IMG/VR virus record: IMGVR_UViG_3300037247_000518
Coordinates: 1 to 63,331 of that record
DNA length: 63,331 nt
From: a virus
Lineage: Duplodnaviria > Caudoviricetes
Reading direction: 5' to 3' (one strand)
Part shown: piece by piece, positions 9,590 to 19,954 of the stretch
How the letters are laid out: each line of letters opens with the position of its first letter
How positions within the stretch are numbered: the stretch's first letter is position 1
Position numbers and translations under genes: made by a program
The notes under the pieces: generated by a model
What the model was told of the DNA's origin: nothing
The model's input: the letters and a program-made list of their open reading frames with translations, nothing else
The model's database searches: none

Positions 9590-10399
9590 ATGGCGCGGTC
9601 GATCATAGAACGCATCAGGAAGCCTCTCGCTGCGGTCGAGCAGTATCTTGTTGTCATCTACGCTCGCGGTGGTGTAGGTAAGACGACGCTGCTCGGCACG
9701 ATGCAAGGCCGGGGTCTTGTGATCGATATCCCACAGTTCGAGGGCGGCGATATGGTGCTGTCTGACAAAGGCGACCGTATCAGAATTGCCCCCGTGAGAG
9801 TGTGGGAGGAGATAAATGATCTCTATCTCGCGCTAAAGAAAGGAGCACTTACTGGGAAATATGATTGGGTTGCGATAGATACTGTCTCAGCATGCCAGCA
9901 ATTAGCCAGAAAGAAGGTGCTAAAGGAACGCGACGAAATCATGTCAAAGCGCTATGAGATTAGGCTCAATGATTGGGGCAGTATCTCTCAGCTCATGGGG
10001 CAGCTATATGAGCAATTCAGATTGCTCCCCTTGCCGGTGATCTTCACTGCACAAGAGAAAGCGCGGAAAGATGACCGAGAGGACGAAGATGGCGAACGGA
10101 TCGTCATACCGAACGTGTCGCCAGCATCGCTCGATCTGCTCATCCCCCACCCGCTTTTAATCGGGCGGCTTTTCATGCACCAGACAGATGGGGGTAAGTG
10201 GGAGCGCCGCCTGCGAGTAGGCCCTCACGCGAACTTTGTCACGAAGTCACGGTCGATTCCTGGACGTGCGTTGCCACCTGTAATCAGAAAGCCGCACCTC
10301 GGGCGAATCCTTGGCTGGATGCGCGGCGAAGACGTGAAGTGCCCGCGTGCAGCACCAGATGAAGACTCACTCACGGTTGACCTCTCGGACGAGAGCTAG
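9590..10399 (+). CDS. Sak4-like AAA_24 ATPase (single-strand annealing protein)
   Basis: GGVGKTT, AIDTVS, FTAQE; sits between exonuclease and SSB. Confidence 0.8.
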   Translation: MARSIIERIRKPLAAVEQYLVVIYARGGVGKTTLLGTMQGRGLVIDIPQFEGGDMVLSDKGDRIRIAPVRVWEEINDLYLALKKGALTGKYDWVAIDTVSACQQLARKKVLKERDEIMSKRYEIRLNDWGSISQLMGQLYEQFRLLPLPVIFTAQEKARKDDREDEDGERIVIPNVSPASLDLLIPHPLLIGRLFMHQTDGGKWERRLRVGPHANFVTKSRSIPGRALPPVIRKPHLGRILGWMRGEDVKCPRAAPDEDSLTVDLSDES

Positions 10400-10419
10400 T
10401 AGAAAGGGATTATCCTAAC

Positions 10420-11151
<732 letters not shown>

Positions 11152-11154
11152 GCT

Positions 11155-11337
11155 GTGGTTGTAGACAGCCCAGCTTTCCATCAAGCAATCAGTGAGTGGA
11201 ATCGTGCGCTTCATGATGAGTTAGGAGCGTTTGCTTTCACTGGCGACTCACAGCTAATCGGCATGGGTTCGTGGCAGATGCGATTTGCTGAGTACGTCTG
11301 GGAGAAAGCGCTTGAATCGCGAAAGGGTAAGGATTAG
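11155..11337 (+). CDS. Hypothetical protein
   Basis: Tightly packed in operon. Confidence 0.45.
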   Translation: MVVDSPAFHQAISEWNRALHDELGAFAFTGDSQLIGMGSWQMRFAEYVWEKALESRKGKD

Positions 11338-11601
11338 ATGACAGTCGGAAGAAGTGTCCTCGGATACAAAGTCAAGGACGTCGTGACTGGGCTGATCGGC
11401 ATTGCTACTGGACATGTAGTATACCTGAGCGACTGCAATCAGGTGCTCGTCAACCCAGGACTCGATAAGGACGGTAAGTTACAGAACTCACACTGGATCG
11501 ACGAGCAGCGCCTCAGCATCATTGGAGGTAAGAGCGCTAAGAAGATCGAACTAGACAACACGAAGACGCCTGGATTCGATCAAGAGCCGCCGAGGCGCTG
11601 A
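11338..11601 (+). CDS. Hypothetical phage protein (SH3-like)
   Basis: LGYKVKDVVTGLIGIATG...WIDEQRL pattern. Confidence 0.6.
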   Translation: MTVGRSVLGYKVKDVVTGLIGIATGHVVYLSDCNQVLVNPGLDKDGKLQNSHWIDEQRLSIIGGKSAKKIELDNTKTPGFDQEPPRR

Positions 11602-11876
11602 TGACACACATCATTAAATGCGACCAGTGTGGGAAGCATGCTGACTCTTTCAATACAGCAGGTTTCTTCGTAATAGGTCAAGTAGTCCCGCAACTCTATG
11701 CGGGGGTAGGGCCTATGGACAGTACGAGCGGCACCCACATCTGTAGTATCACATGTCTCGTAAATTGGGCTCTCGACCGGATGCGTAGTGAAGCAGTCGC
11801 GGAGGCACAAGCGGCTGTAAACTTCGCCAACGCCGTGCAACCTGAGGAGCAGGAACCTTCGAAGCGGAAGCGCTAA
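11601..11876 (+). CDS. Zinc-finger protein
   Basis: CDQC...HICSITC. Confidence 0.55.
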   Translation: MTHIIKCDQCGKHADSFNTAGFFVIGQVVPQLYAGVGPMDSTSGTHICSITCLVNWALDRMRSEAVAEAQAAVNFANAVQPEEQEPSKRKR

Positions 11877-11984
11877 CATGATCGCAAGACAATGTGCCCA
11901 GAGACACACATATTCCTCTCATGACTGGTGGAGTGACGACCTCACCCGCCATTGGCGGTGTGCAGGCATAGATGTAACCGAGGC

Positions 11985-12287
11985 ATGAGCGAGACAGCAA
12001 TCAAGGATACGATCCTCTCGTGGCTGCGCAAGCATGGAAGCTATGCAGTCAAAATTCACGGGGGCCCCATGCAGGAGGCTGGGGTCCCCGACATCCAAGC
12101 GTGTATCTCCGGCAGATTTATAGCCATAGAAGTAAAGATTCCTGGACAAGAAGCAACACCAGTGCAGCAATACCACATCGAGGACATCCTCCGTGCAGGA
12201 GGTGTGGCATTCGTCGCACATAGCTTGCGGGAGGCTATGGATCAGTTGGAGACGTTCGGGGTAAACACGACATTCGATAATGAGTAA
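11985..12287 (+). CDS. VRR-NUC endonuclease / Holliday junction resolvase
   Basis: MSE...GVPDI...FIAIEVK...Q. Confidence 0.88.
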   Translation: MSETAIKDTILSWLRKHGSYAVKIHGGPMQEAGVPDIQACISGRFIAIEVKIPGQEATPVQQYHIEDILRAGGVAFVAHSLREAMDQLETFGVNTTFDNE

Positions 12288-12738
12288 GAAGCGCCTTCTT
12301 AGAGATACCTGCTTTCGTTGTGATCTGCCTGTCTGGCAGTATGATGAGAGCGGCAGAGCTTTTTGTGAGTCACACGCCCGCTGGAGGCATCTGAAGATTG
12401 AGCGAATGCAGCACCCGCTTGATGCATATCGTGGCCGACGCTCCGTCATGCCTGCTAGAGTTAAGCACGCCGAGAAGACGACTATTGATATCATCCAGCG
12501 TATCGGGTATGCCGAAGCGCTGTGGGTCTCGGAGCATCTAGGCTTTGAAGACTATATCCAATGGTGGGATAGCAGTCTCGTTATCAGGCTGTCCGACATA
12601 CAGCTTGTCGCATTCGCGGCAGCCATGAGAGCACACCTTGAAGCAGTCTATCCATCTAGGGATGATCCGCGTAAGAGAGTGAGCACTAATAATGCCCCGC
12701 CGAAGAAGAAAAAGCGGAAGAAGCACTCCCTCCTCTAA
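12280..12738 (+). CDS. Hypothetical protein with N-terminal Zn finger
   Basis: CFRC...CESH; overlaps neighbours. Confidence 0.55.
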   Translation: MSKKRLLRDTCFRCDLPVWQYDESGRAFCESHARWRHLKIERMQHPLDAYRGRRSVMPARVKHAEKTTIDIIQRIGYAEALWVSEHLGFEDYIQWWDSSLVIRLSDIQLVAFAAAMRAHLEAVYPSRDDPRKRVSTNNAPPKKKKRKKHSLL

Positions 12739-15640
12739 GATACGCGAAGCAGCCCTAGCTTACGCCGCACAGGGATGGCCGGTGCTGGCGTGCTATACGA
12801 ACACGCCAGAGGGCTGTTCATGTGGTGATAGTGGGTGCATATCTCCCGGTAAGCATCCGTTCCCTGACCTGAGTCCGCATGGTGTACAGAGTGCCACGAT
12901 TGACCTAGACGAGATCGCGGAGTGGCCGGATGATATCAACATCGGTATCGCATTAGGACACGAGAGCCTCATGGCGCTCGATGTAGATGATGCCGAAGTC
13001 GCCGCCGCTCTGCTAGCACCTGAGACAGTGCTGCACGACGAGACGGGCGCTGCGAGAACGGGACGTGGTGTCCATGTCTATTTTCTATGCTCTGGCAATA
13101 AGAAGACACAGCACCTCAGAGATAAAGTCACAGGTCATAAGATCGGCCACATCGCAGGCGTAGGCGCATACGTAATAGCACCGCCGTCTCAGGCGCCTGG
13201 CGGCAAGTTCTACAAATGGCTCGGGCAGGGTAGTGGCGTCTGGATACCACGCCTGACAGAGACAGTCAACGCGCTGAAGTACATTAAGCATCTGCTTGCT
13301 CCTCATGGCATCAAAGTAGTAGAGACACAGAGCATAGACATCGAGAACGTGCCAGATGTCCCTATCGAGGAGCATGACCTCAAGGACATCTCGCAACGCC
13401 TCGCACGAGACGGCGACTTGCTGAACATCAAGCGGCGTTTGTTGGGAAAGCGCGCGGAGGGTGTCAGGGATACCGAACATGATCTGAGCGGATGGGAACA
13501 CTCTATCGCCTGCCAGATTCTCCGCGTTGCCAAACGATATGCCATCAAGTCTGTAGACCCTCTACTGCTAGCAGGTATCATCAAGAAGCTCGACCGCGTC
13601 CACTACGGGAAGTTTGAGTCTGACGTAGAAAGGGGCAAGCGATCTCGTGCCGGTGCGGACAAGCGCTACTATGTCTCTGCCATACGCGCTCTGGATGCCG
13701 AGAATATGCGCCAACGGCAGCGTGTGGAGCACGCTAAGACGCCGGAACCGCTCGAACTGGACGAAGATACCAGTCCAGAGATGATCGGCGTTGTGGAAGA
13801 CGCTAGCTACATGTGGGATGAAGACACTGGAAGGCTCTATCATGTAACCCCTCATAAGAAGACGATCACCACGTCGAGGATCGCGAATTTCAACGTGAAG
13901 CTCGTCTCCGAGATCATGATAGACAAGGATGATGCGCTCCCAGACCGCGCGTGGCGCGTGCAGTTTACGTCGGCGTTCGGACAGGTGCGGGAGGTAGCAT
14001 TGCGAGCCGACGAATTCGACAGCACGAGGTCGCTAGAACAAGCGCTCACGAGGAAGCTTTCGCATGAGTACATCGTCTCGCACAATGGCTACGCTCACTT
14101 GAAGCCTGCCATCTTGGAGCTTACCGACCCGAATGAGATACAGCGGTACAGCATCAGAGCAATACCTGGGTGGTGGTCTGTAACGAACGATGCCGGTGAT
14201 GAAGAACGCGTCTACCTGCTTCCGTCTGCACTAGGAGCTATCACCAAAGACGGTATCATGACCAGCCTGCGCATGAGAATTGAGGAGCTTGCGGAGCTTG
14301 ACGACGCCATCGCCAGGAAGGAGTTCGAGCCGTATGGTAAGGGCGTGAGGCCGCCGGTATCTCGTACAGAGCGACGCAGAGCGTGGAAGGCGCTGCGCGC
14401 TTTAGCACAGTGCGCACCGTCGGAAGTAACGATGCCTATTATCTTGCAAGTGCTCATGGGACCATTGTGGTCTGCTGGTGCCGATGAAGTGCCTTCGTTG
14501 CTGCATGTGACTGGCAGGACGGGTGTGCTGAAGACAAGTTTCTGCCTTGCGGCAATGTCATTGTTTGGGACATTTCGTAAGACGACGCCGCCGACCGCAA
14601 GCTGGATGGCAGTCTCGCCTTCTGCGTTGCGGTCACTTTTAAATTCAGCGAAGGACATGACGGTCCTCGTAGACGACTACAAAGAAGGCGGCGTCATGGA
14701 CAAGCGCGGTATGCGCGAGTTGGTGCAGGCATACGCCGACAAGGCTATGCGGCAGCGCTTGAAGTCATCCGGCGAACGCCGTAAGAGCTTGGAGCTACAG
14801 GCTGTTATGCTGAGCAACGGCGAAGACAGATGGGAACGCGAAGCGTCGATGGTCGCACGGACGATCTTCCTCGACATACACGACCGCGATATCAAGGATG
14901 TCGATCTGCGTATCGCACAGGATGCCGTGGATGCAGGAGACTTGCAGCTCATGGGAGGACACTATCTATCATGGCTTGCTGGACAAGATGAACTCTTTGA
15001 GCAAAAGGGCGTTGAAGTGCTGCGCGAGAAGTGGCACAGGAGATTTCTTGACAGGTCTAGCAAGCGCGATGTGCATCGGCGCTTACTTCAATCTGCTAGC
15101 ACAGTAGCCGCAGTAGGCGATGTCTTCTTGATGTTCGTGAAGGAGTGTTATCCGAAGCGATACGAAGAAGCTCGCCACTGGGTACGAGGGTCGATCCGTT
15201 CGCTAGTATCTGGCACAAGAGAACGCGCGAAAGAAGTCAAGCAGCTTGCGCCTCTCAGGCAGATGCTTGATTATGTTGCGAGTGAAGCGGAAGCAGGCAA
15301 GGCGGCGTTGATGCCGCTGCACGGCATTACAGGTATCAGGACAAGATTGCCGGATTCTCCGCGAGCTGAAATCGTAGGCTGGTGGTCTGTGTCTAAGGAC
15401 AAGCGCTACGGAAAGAAACAACGCCTGATGCATCTTAACGAGAATACGACCTTCGGCTGGTATCATCGAGAGATGCGCAGACAGGGCAGAGACGTAAACT
15501 TCTCCTGGAGTGCGGTTATACAAGAAGCCAAGAACGGTTACGGTGCCTATGAACATCGTGTACGAGTTGGCCGTCACAAAAGACAAATCAGGCTGGTGTC
15601 CATGCCGTTAACACTGCTGAACATCGGTGAGGTACAGTGA
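12692..15640 (+). CDS. Bifunctional Prim-Pol primase fused to a C-terminal P-loop helicase
   Basis: GKHP, NIGIA, LDVD, TGRGVHVYF, VIAPPS; GRTGVLKTS and VLVDD Walker-like motifs. Confidence 0.88.
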   Translation: MPRRRRKSGRSTPSSKIREAALAYAAQGWPVLACYTNTPEGCSCGDSGCISPGKHPFPDLSPHGVQSATIDLDEIAEWPDDINIGIALGHESLMALDVDDAEVAAALLAPETVLHDETGAARTGRGVHVYFLCSGNKKTQHLRDKVTGHKIGHIAGVGAYVIAPPSQAPGGKFYKWLGQGSGVWIPRLTETVNALKYIKHLLAPHGIKVVETQSIDIENVPDVPIEEHDLKDISQRLARDGDLLNIKRRLLGKRAEGVRDTEHDLSGWEHSIACQILRVAKRYAIKSVDPLLLAGIIKKLDRVHYGKFESDVERGKRSRAGADKRYYVSAIRALDAENMRQRQRVEHAKTPEPLELDEDTSPEMIGVVEDASYMWDEDTGRLYHVTPHKKTITTSRIANFNVKLVSEIMIDKDDALPDRAWRVQFTSAFGQVREVALRADEFDSTRSLEQALTRKLSHEYIVSHNGYAHLKPAILELTDPNEIQRYSIRAIPGWWSVTNDAGDEERVYLLPSALGAITKDGIMTSLRMRIEELAELDDAIARKEFEPYGKGVRPPVSRTERRRAWKALRALAQCAPSEVTMPIILQVLMGPLWSAGADEVPSLLHVTGRTGVLKTSFCLAAMSLFGTFRKTTPPTASWMAVSPSALRSLLNSAKDMTVLVDDYKEGGVMDKRGMRELVQAYADKAMRQRLKSSGERRKSLELQAVMLSNGEDRWEREASMVARTIFLDIHDRDIKDVDLRIAQDAVDAGDLQLMGGHYLSWLAGQDELFEQKGVEVLREKWHRRFLDRSSKRDVHRRLLQSASTVAAVGDVFLMFVKECYPKRYEEARHWVRGSIRSLVSGTRERAKEVKQLAPLRQMLDYVASEAEAGKAALMPLHGITGIRTRLPDSPRAEIVGWWSVSKDKRYGKKQRLMHLNENTTFGWYHREMRRQGRDVNFSWSAVIQEAKNGYGAYEHRVRVGRHKRQIRLVSMPLTLLNIGEVQ

Positions 15641-15664
15641 TGCCCTGTCGGATCACAGTCTATT

Positions 15665-15780
15665 CTCTGTCACTCTGACTCATACCTGTCACCTATCTAA
15701 TCCCTATCTAAGAGTGACAGAGTGACAGTATATAATTGAGAAGCTATAGCGAGAGAAAGTGGGGGCGCCCCTTCGGGGCG
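15665..15780. repeat. Candidate replication origin: CTGTCAC/GTGACAG repeats plus hairpin
   Basis: 12-bp perfect inverted repeat 15665-76/15711-22, two more CTGTCAC-type copies, CCTATCTAA twice, CGCCCC-TTC-GGGGCG hairpin. Confidence 0.5.
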
Positions 15781-15807
15781 AAAAATTAAAGTAACAAGAG
15801 GCTGTAT

Positions 15808-16347
15808 ATGCGTAATAAGAGTGTCACCGTCACCATAGAAGGTATCCAGAATAGCAGGAGAACATACGCCACAAAAGCGGTGTTAACGCACCTCCTAGAG
15901 AGGGACGGGCTTCTATGCCAGCTTTGTCAAAAGTCTCTTGGAGAGGAAGACCTTAGTATTGATCACATCATGCCACAGGGTGTAGGAGGGAGGCACACGC
16001 TAGATAACTTCCAACTAGCTCATGGGCGATGCAATAAGAGTAAGGGTAGAGGCTCACATGCAAACTTGTTATTCAAAGCAGGCATCATTCCAGTAGGCAT
16101 AGCTTCTACAAGCGCGGAGTATCGGATACTATATGCGGAGGCACGAGATGCTATAGAGACTCGTTGGTGGAGGAAGTGGGGTAGTAGCTTGGTTGGGTCT
16201 GGGAGGCGATACTCGATATCAGAATGGAAATACATTGAGGACGACGTGTACGCGAAAGTCTGGAAGCTGCGTGTAAGGAAAGGAGAAGAGGCGGCGCTGG
16301 CGTACGATCCAAAGCGATCAGAGTTCAGCAGAAGGAGTACAGTATGA
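15808..16347 (+). CDS. HNH endonuclease
   Basis: RDGLLCQLC...IDHIMP...GG...NFQLAHGRCN. Confidence 0.88.
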   Translation: MRNKSVTVTIEGIQNSRRTYATKAVLTHLLERDGLLCQLCQKSLGEEDLSIDHIMPQGVGGRHTLDNFQLAHGRCNKSKGRGSHANLLFKAGIIPVGIASTSAEYRILYAEARDAIETRWWRKWGSSLVGSGRRYSISEWKYIEDDVYAKVWKLRVRKGEEAALAYDPKRSEFSRRSTV

Positions 16348-16742
16348 AAATAGGGAAAACATATTACTTCGAGGCAGCCCATAGCCTGCCGGGACATAAC
16401 GGTAAATGTAGAAATCTTCATGGACACAGTTACCGTCTCGATGTTGAATTAGAAGGTATCCCGATACTATATCTACATTGCTCCGATGATGGGATGATTC
16501 TTGACTTCGATGATCTCGATAGGGCCGTCGAACGAATCATTGATGGGCACCTAGACCATAGAAATCTAAACGCTTCGTTACCTGAGTCTGAGGTCCGTCG
16601 AACAACTGCCGAACTGATTTGTGGATGGGTCTCAAGACGTATCGATCAGGAGCTAGCCGCAGTGAGGACTGGGCGTGACTTCCGTCTCTCTCGTGTCCGT
16701 CTCTGGGAGACAGTGAAGTCCTGGGCTGAGTGGACACCGTGA
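16344..16742 (+). CDS. queD: 6-carboxy-5,6,7,8-tetrahydropterin synthase
   Basis: FEAAH, CRNLHGHSY, DF, LDH..LN, WET. Confidence 0.92.
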   Translation: MKIGKTYYFEAAHSLPGHNGKCRNLHGHSYRLDVELEGIPILYLHCSDDGMILDFDDLDRAVERIIDGHLDHRNLNASLPESEVRRTTAELICGWVSRRIDQELAAVRTGRDFRLSRVRLWETVKSWAEWTP

Positions 16743-17134
16743 CTAGTCCAGAGCGTCGTATCCTGCCTGATGTTCGCAAGAGCATCACGCACAAGACGGT
16801 GATCCAGGATCGTGCGATGGGCAACATCTCGCTATTCATCACAGCGGGTATGTATGATGACGAGGCTCTCGGCGAAGTCTGGATCAACATCGGCAAACAG
16901 GGGACGACGTTACGCGGATTGACTGATACGATAGCGATTGAGCTGTCCTTGCTTCTTCAGTATGGAGTCCCACTCGAAGCCATCGTCGAGCAGTTTCGTG
17001 GGCATCGCTACGAGCCACTTGGAACGACGGCGAACCCCCACATCCCAAACTGTGTGTCTATCATCGATTACGTGGTACAATGGCTAGAGTGGGCGTTCAT
17101 CACCGAGAGACAGAAGGAGGATCCTGATGCCTGA
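16730..17134 (+). CDS. Stand-alone TSCPD domain (class II ribonucleotide reductase C-terminal-like)
   Basis: GEVWINIGKQGTTLRG, SLLLQYGVPLE, SIIDY. Confidence 0.75.
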   Translation: MDTVTSPERRILPDVRKSITHKTVIQDRAMGNISLFITAGMYDDEALGEVWINIGKQGTTLRGLTDTIAIELSLLLQYGVPLEAIVEQFRGHRYEPLGTTANPHIPNCVSIIDYVVQWLEWAFITERQKEDPDA

Positions 17135-17417
17135 TATTTATATCAATTTGACACATCAGCAATACAAAGAGGTCGAGCGACAAATGCGTGCGTTCGAGGA
17201 GACGACGCACGGCGAGGGCACAGCCTACTATCATAAGTCGTTCGCTATGGACGTGGGAGGCATCCGATTCGAGTTCCACGGCCCCCCCGTGAAAGCAAGA
17301 CGGGGTGCGCTCGTTCTCGGTGATCCGCTGTGCAAAGTTATGCAAGGGAGCGATCCCACTATACTATGCGATAAGCCAGAGGGGCATCCTGGAGAACACT
17401 CTCGGGCAGGCAAATGA
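17127..17417 (+). CDS. Hypothetical protein with C-terminal C-C-H-H motif
   Basis: CDKPEGHPGEH; coupled to neighbours. Confidence 0.5.
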   Translation: MPDIYINLTHQQYKEVERQMRAFEETTHGEGTAYYHKSFAMDVGGIRFEFHGPPVKARRGALVLGDPLCKVMQGSDPTILCDKPEGHPGEHSRAGK

Positions 17418-18184
17418 TCGAAGTAAGCGAGATGTACGTAGCACCACAGGGCGAGGGGCCGAATATGGGTCGCCTGTCGCTCTTTGTCAGGCTGCGTCGC
17501 TGTACGCTGCGTTGTGTCTGGTGCGATACGAAGCAGACATGGGACAAGGGCGATCCAGATTACGAGAAGTATGAGACCTACGAGCCACACCAGCTTGCCA
17601 GCGCAATGCTAAAGAAGGGTCAGCCCTTTGGCAGACTTTCTTCGCTCGATGTCCAAGCCATTGTGCTGACGGGAGGCGAGCCGCTGATGTGGCAAGAGGA
17701 GATGGTCGAGGCATTGATTTCGTATCGTAGCACTCACGGTATCCCAGTCGAAGTCGAGACTTCTGGGACTATCGTGCCGAACACGGACATGCTCATGAAC
17801 TGTAGCTTCACCGTCTCGCACAAGCTAGCCTCTTCGCATAACGAGGGCATCCTGAGAGATTACCTGTGGAATGAGAAGGTTGTGCAGCGCATCATAGCGC
17901 ACAGCGGGCAATCTCTGCGCAATGTGAACTTCAAGCCTGTCGTAGACCCTGTTCAAGATGTCGTGGAGGTTGCGTCATACCTGAATTGGCTTAACAACAT
18001 ATCTGACCGCCTTGGAATTCCTTGGAGTTTCATGCGGGAGCACATCTATCTTATGCCACAAGGAACAAGTGCTCTTGAGCTGAGCGCCAACCAGGCGCCT
18101 ATTATTGAGATGGCGCAGGCTTACGGAGTGCGGTGTACTACGCGTATGCACATCATCGCATACGGAGACGAGAGGGGAAGATAA
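17414..18184 (+). CDS. queE: 7-carboxy-7-deazaguanine synthase (radical SAM)
   Basis: QGEG, FVRL, CTLRCVWCDT, LTGGEP, VETSG, YLMPQ. Confidence 0.92.
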   Translation: MIEVSEMYVAPQGEGPNMGRLSLFVRLRRCTLRCVWCDTKQTWDKGDPDYEKYETYEPHQLASAMLKKGQPFGRLSSLDVQAIVLTGGEPLMWQEEMVEALISYRSTHGIPVEVETSGTIVPNTDMLMNCSFTVSHKLASSHNEGILRDYLWNEKVVQRIIAHSGQSLRNVNFKPVVDPVQDVVEVASYLNWLNNISDRLGIPWSFMREHIYLMPQGTSALELSANQAPIIEMAQAYGVRCTTRMHIIAYGDERGR

Positions 18185-19146
18185 TGCAGATCAGTATGGG
18201 CGCCGCAGCAAGCCTGGCAGAGAGCGTGTCCGATCTCCTGCAAGACGGCCTTGGACGCCTTAGTATGCGTGGGCCTACAGCGTTTGCTGGCATACCGCGC
18301 GGCGGCATACCAGCAGCCATGATGGTAGCGAGGGCCTGGGCTGGTCTTGGGGGTAACTCTGAGATTCCCGTGTTTAGCAGTGACGATGTGCCCGAATCGT
18401 TCCGCGAGCGTATCGTCCTCGTTGACGACATACGAGTCACTGGTAATACTCTGGCTAGAGCAAAGGCTCTATTTGCCCCGAATGTTATATCCCAAGTCGT
18501 ACTGGTGCATAAGGGATTAGCTTCTGATGTTCTATCTGGGATGGAGGTGCCAGCAAATGAATGGGTGACATTTCCTTGGGAGACTCGTGAGAATGACGGT
18601 AAGCCAGAGGACGCTGTCTCCAGGCTCATCGAGTATCTAGGTGACGACCCAACTCGGGACGAGCTACTTGAGACGCCTGCCAGGGTGCTGCGCTTCTACG
18701 ACGAGCTGCGCGCCGCCTCGGAGCAGGAGATAGTCTCTGCGACCTTTAAGTCTACGACAAAAGACCTCGTAGTAGTCTCCGGCATCCCGTTCGCTTCGCT
18801 CTGTGAACACCACATGCTCCCCTTCTTCGGAGAAGCGGCAATCGGATATATACCGAACGGAAGTATCCTTGGTTTGTCCAAGCCCGCTCGTGCTGTCCAG
18901 CAAGCAGCGGCGGCGCTGACAGTACAGGAGCACTTGACGGCGCAAGTCGCTGAGCAGATTAAGGAGTGGACAGGTTCGGGCGCTGTCGCTGTCTTCACAA
19001 CCGCTGTGCATTCCTGCATGGTGATACGCGGTGTCAAAGCCATAGGCTCCAGGACATCGGCGTCGGCAATGCTTGGCAGCTTCCGCACATCTCCTGAACT
19101 ACGTGCCGAATTCTTTGCGGTCGTTGAGGGGGCGAGCAGGCTATGA
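18184..19146 (+). CDS. folE: Fusion of a Gpt-like purine phosphoribosyltransferase and GTP cyclohydrolase I
   Basis: N-terminal GIPRGG, VLVDDIRVTGNT, WVTFPWE; C-terminal ETPARV, SLCEHH, GLSK, VQE, HSCMVIRG; TAATG coupling to queE. Confidence 0.9.
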   Translation: MQISMGAAASLAESVSDLLQDGLGRLSMRGPTAFAGIPRGGIPAAMMVARAWAGLGGNSEIPVFSSDDVPESFRERIVLVDDIRVTGNTLARAKALFAPNVISQVVLVHKGLASDVLSGMEVPANEWVTFPWETRENDGKPEDAVSRLIEYLGDDPTRDELLETPARVLRFYDELRAASEQEIVSATFKSTTKDLVVVSGIPFASLCEHHMLPFFGEAAIGYIPNGSILGLSKPARAVQQAAAALTVQEHLTAQVAEQIKEWTGSGAVAVFTTAVHSCMVIRGVKAIGSRTSASAMLGSFRTSPELRAEFFAVVEGASRL

Positions 19147-19382
19147 CGCGGCTTGAAGGTATAGTTGCGGGACACTGTACCGCTGACGATCATCACGAGT
19201 ACGGGGCTGAGCCTGAAGACTGCGTTTTGATAGACGGTAAGGAAGTTTGCCTCTATTGTCTTATTGATGTGGCTAAGCCGCATCTGATGTTTGAGGGAGA
19301 CTGCATTGCCAGAGAGGAAGAAAGCCTGAGACGGCAGCGAGAGGAACTTATTGGTGCTCCTGAGGGAGATCCCGGTGCTTGA
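19143..19382 (+). CDS. Hypothetical protein
   Basis: ATGA overlap; CLYC. Confidence 0.5.
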   Translation: MTRLEGIVAGHCTADDHHEYGAEPEDCVLIDGKEVCLYCLIDVAKPHLMFEGDCIAREEESLRRQREELIGAPEGDPGA

Positions 19383-19954
19383 CAGCACTAGCAGAAAAGT
19401 TGTATACTGAAAGCATGAAACTTCCAAAGAGGCTCAAGAGCGGACGCAGGCTGGTAGCAACGGCGGCTGATGGTCGTGTGGGTCTGTACTGTTTGGGAAC
19501 GGTCGATGAAGATGGCGACTACGCCCTCCTCCTTCCGAACGGTAAGATCAAGAGAGGTATGGTCGGTGCGAAAGGCTATCCTCTCGCGCCAAGCGGGAAC
19601 TGGAGGTGGCTTCGCGCGAGGAAAAAGCGAGTGCGAGAGCGCAGGGAGAAGAAGCTGCAGGCTATACAGCGGCGTTCGCGTAATGGCGACGAGGAGTCGA
19701 AGAAGGTCCTTGTTTCCAGCATCCATACCTGTGTGGACTGCAAGCGCAACATGCTTGGCTATCAGCACTCTCATACAATGCTCCACGAGCGCGGCTATGG
19801 CGTGGCGTCTATCTGTTGTCGGTGTGCGCGTCGGCGTGGCGGTCGCTGCGAGCTATACGACCGTACAGCGAGAATCAGACGCCACACGCAGCAACGAGAT
19901 GCACGCAGGGCCGAGTGGCGAGAACTAAAGCAACGGCTGAGGCATATCACATGA
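19379..19954 (+). CDS. Basic zinc-binding hypothetical protein
   Basis: CVDC...CCRC; overlaps neighbours. Confidence 0.5.
   Translation: MTALAEKLYTESMKLPKRLKSGRRLVATAADGRVGLYCLGTVDEDGDYALLLPNGKIKRGMVGAKGYPLAPSGNWRWLRARKKRVRERREKKLQAIQRRSRNGDEESKKVLVSSIHTCVDCKRNMLGYQHSHTMLHERGYGVASICCRCARRRGGRCELYDRTARIRRHTQQRDARRAEWRELKQRLRHIT

Noticed and set aside
15761-15790. GC hairpin as an intrinsic terminator
   Set aside because: Followed by an A-run on the plus strand, with no immediate T-run on either strand
15808-16347. HNH as an intron- or intein-encoded homing element
   Set aside because: Free-standing between intact genes; no split gene or intein motifs found
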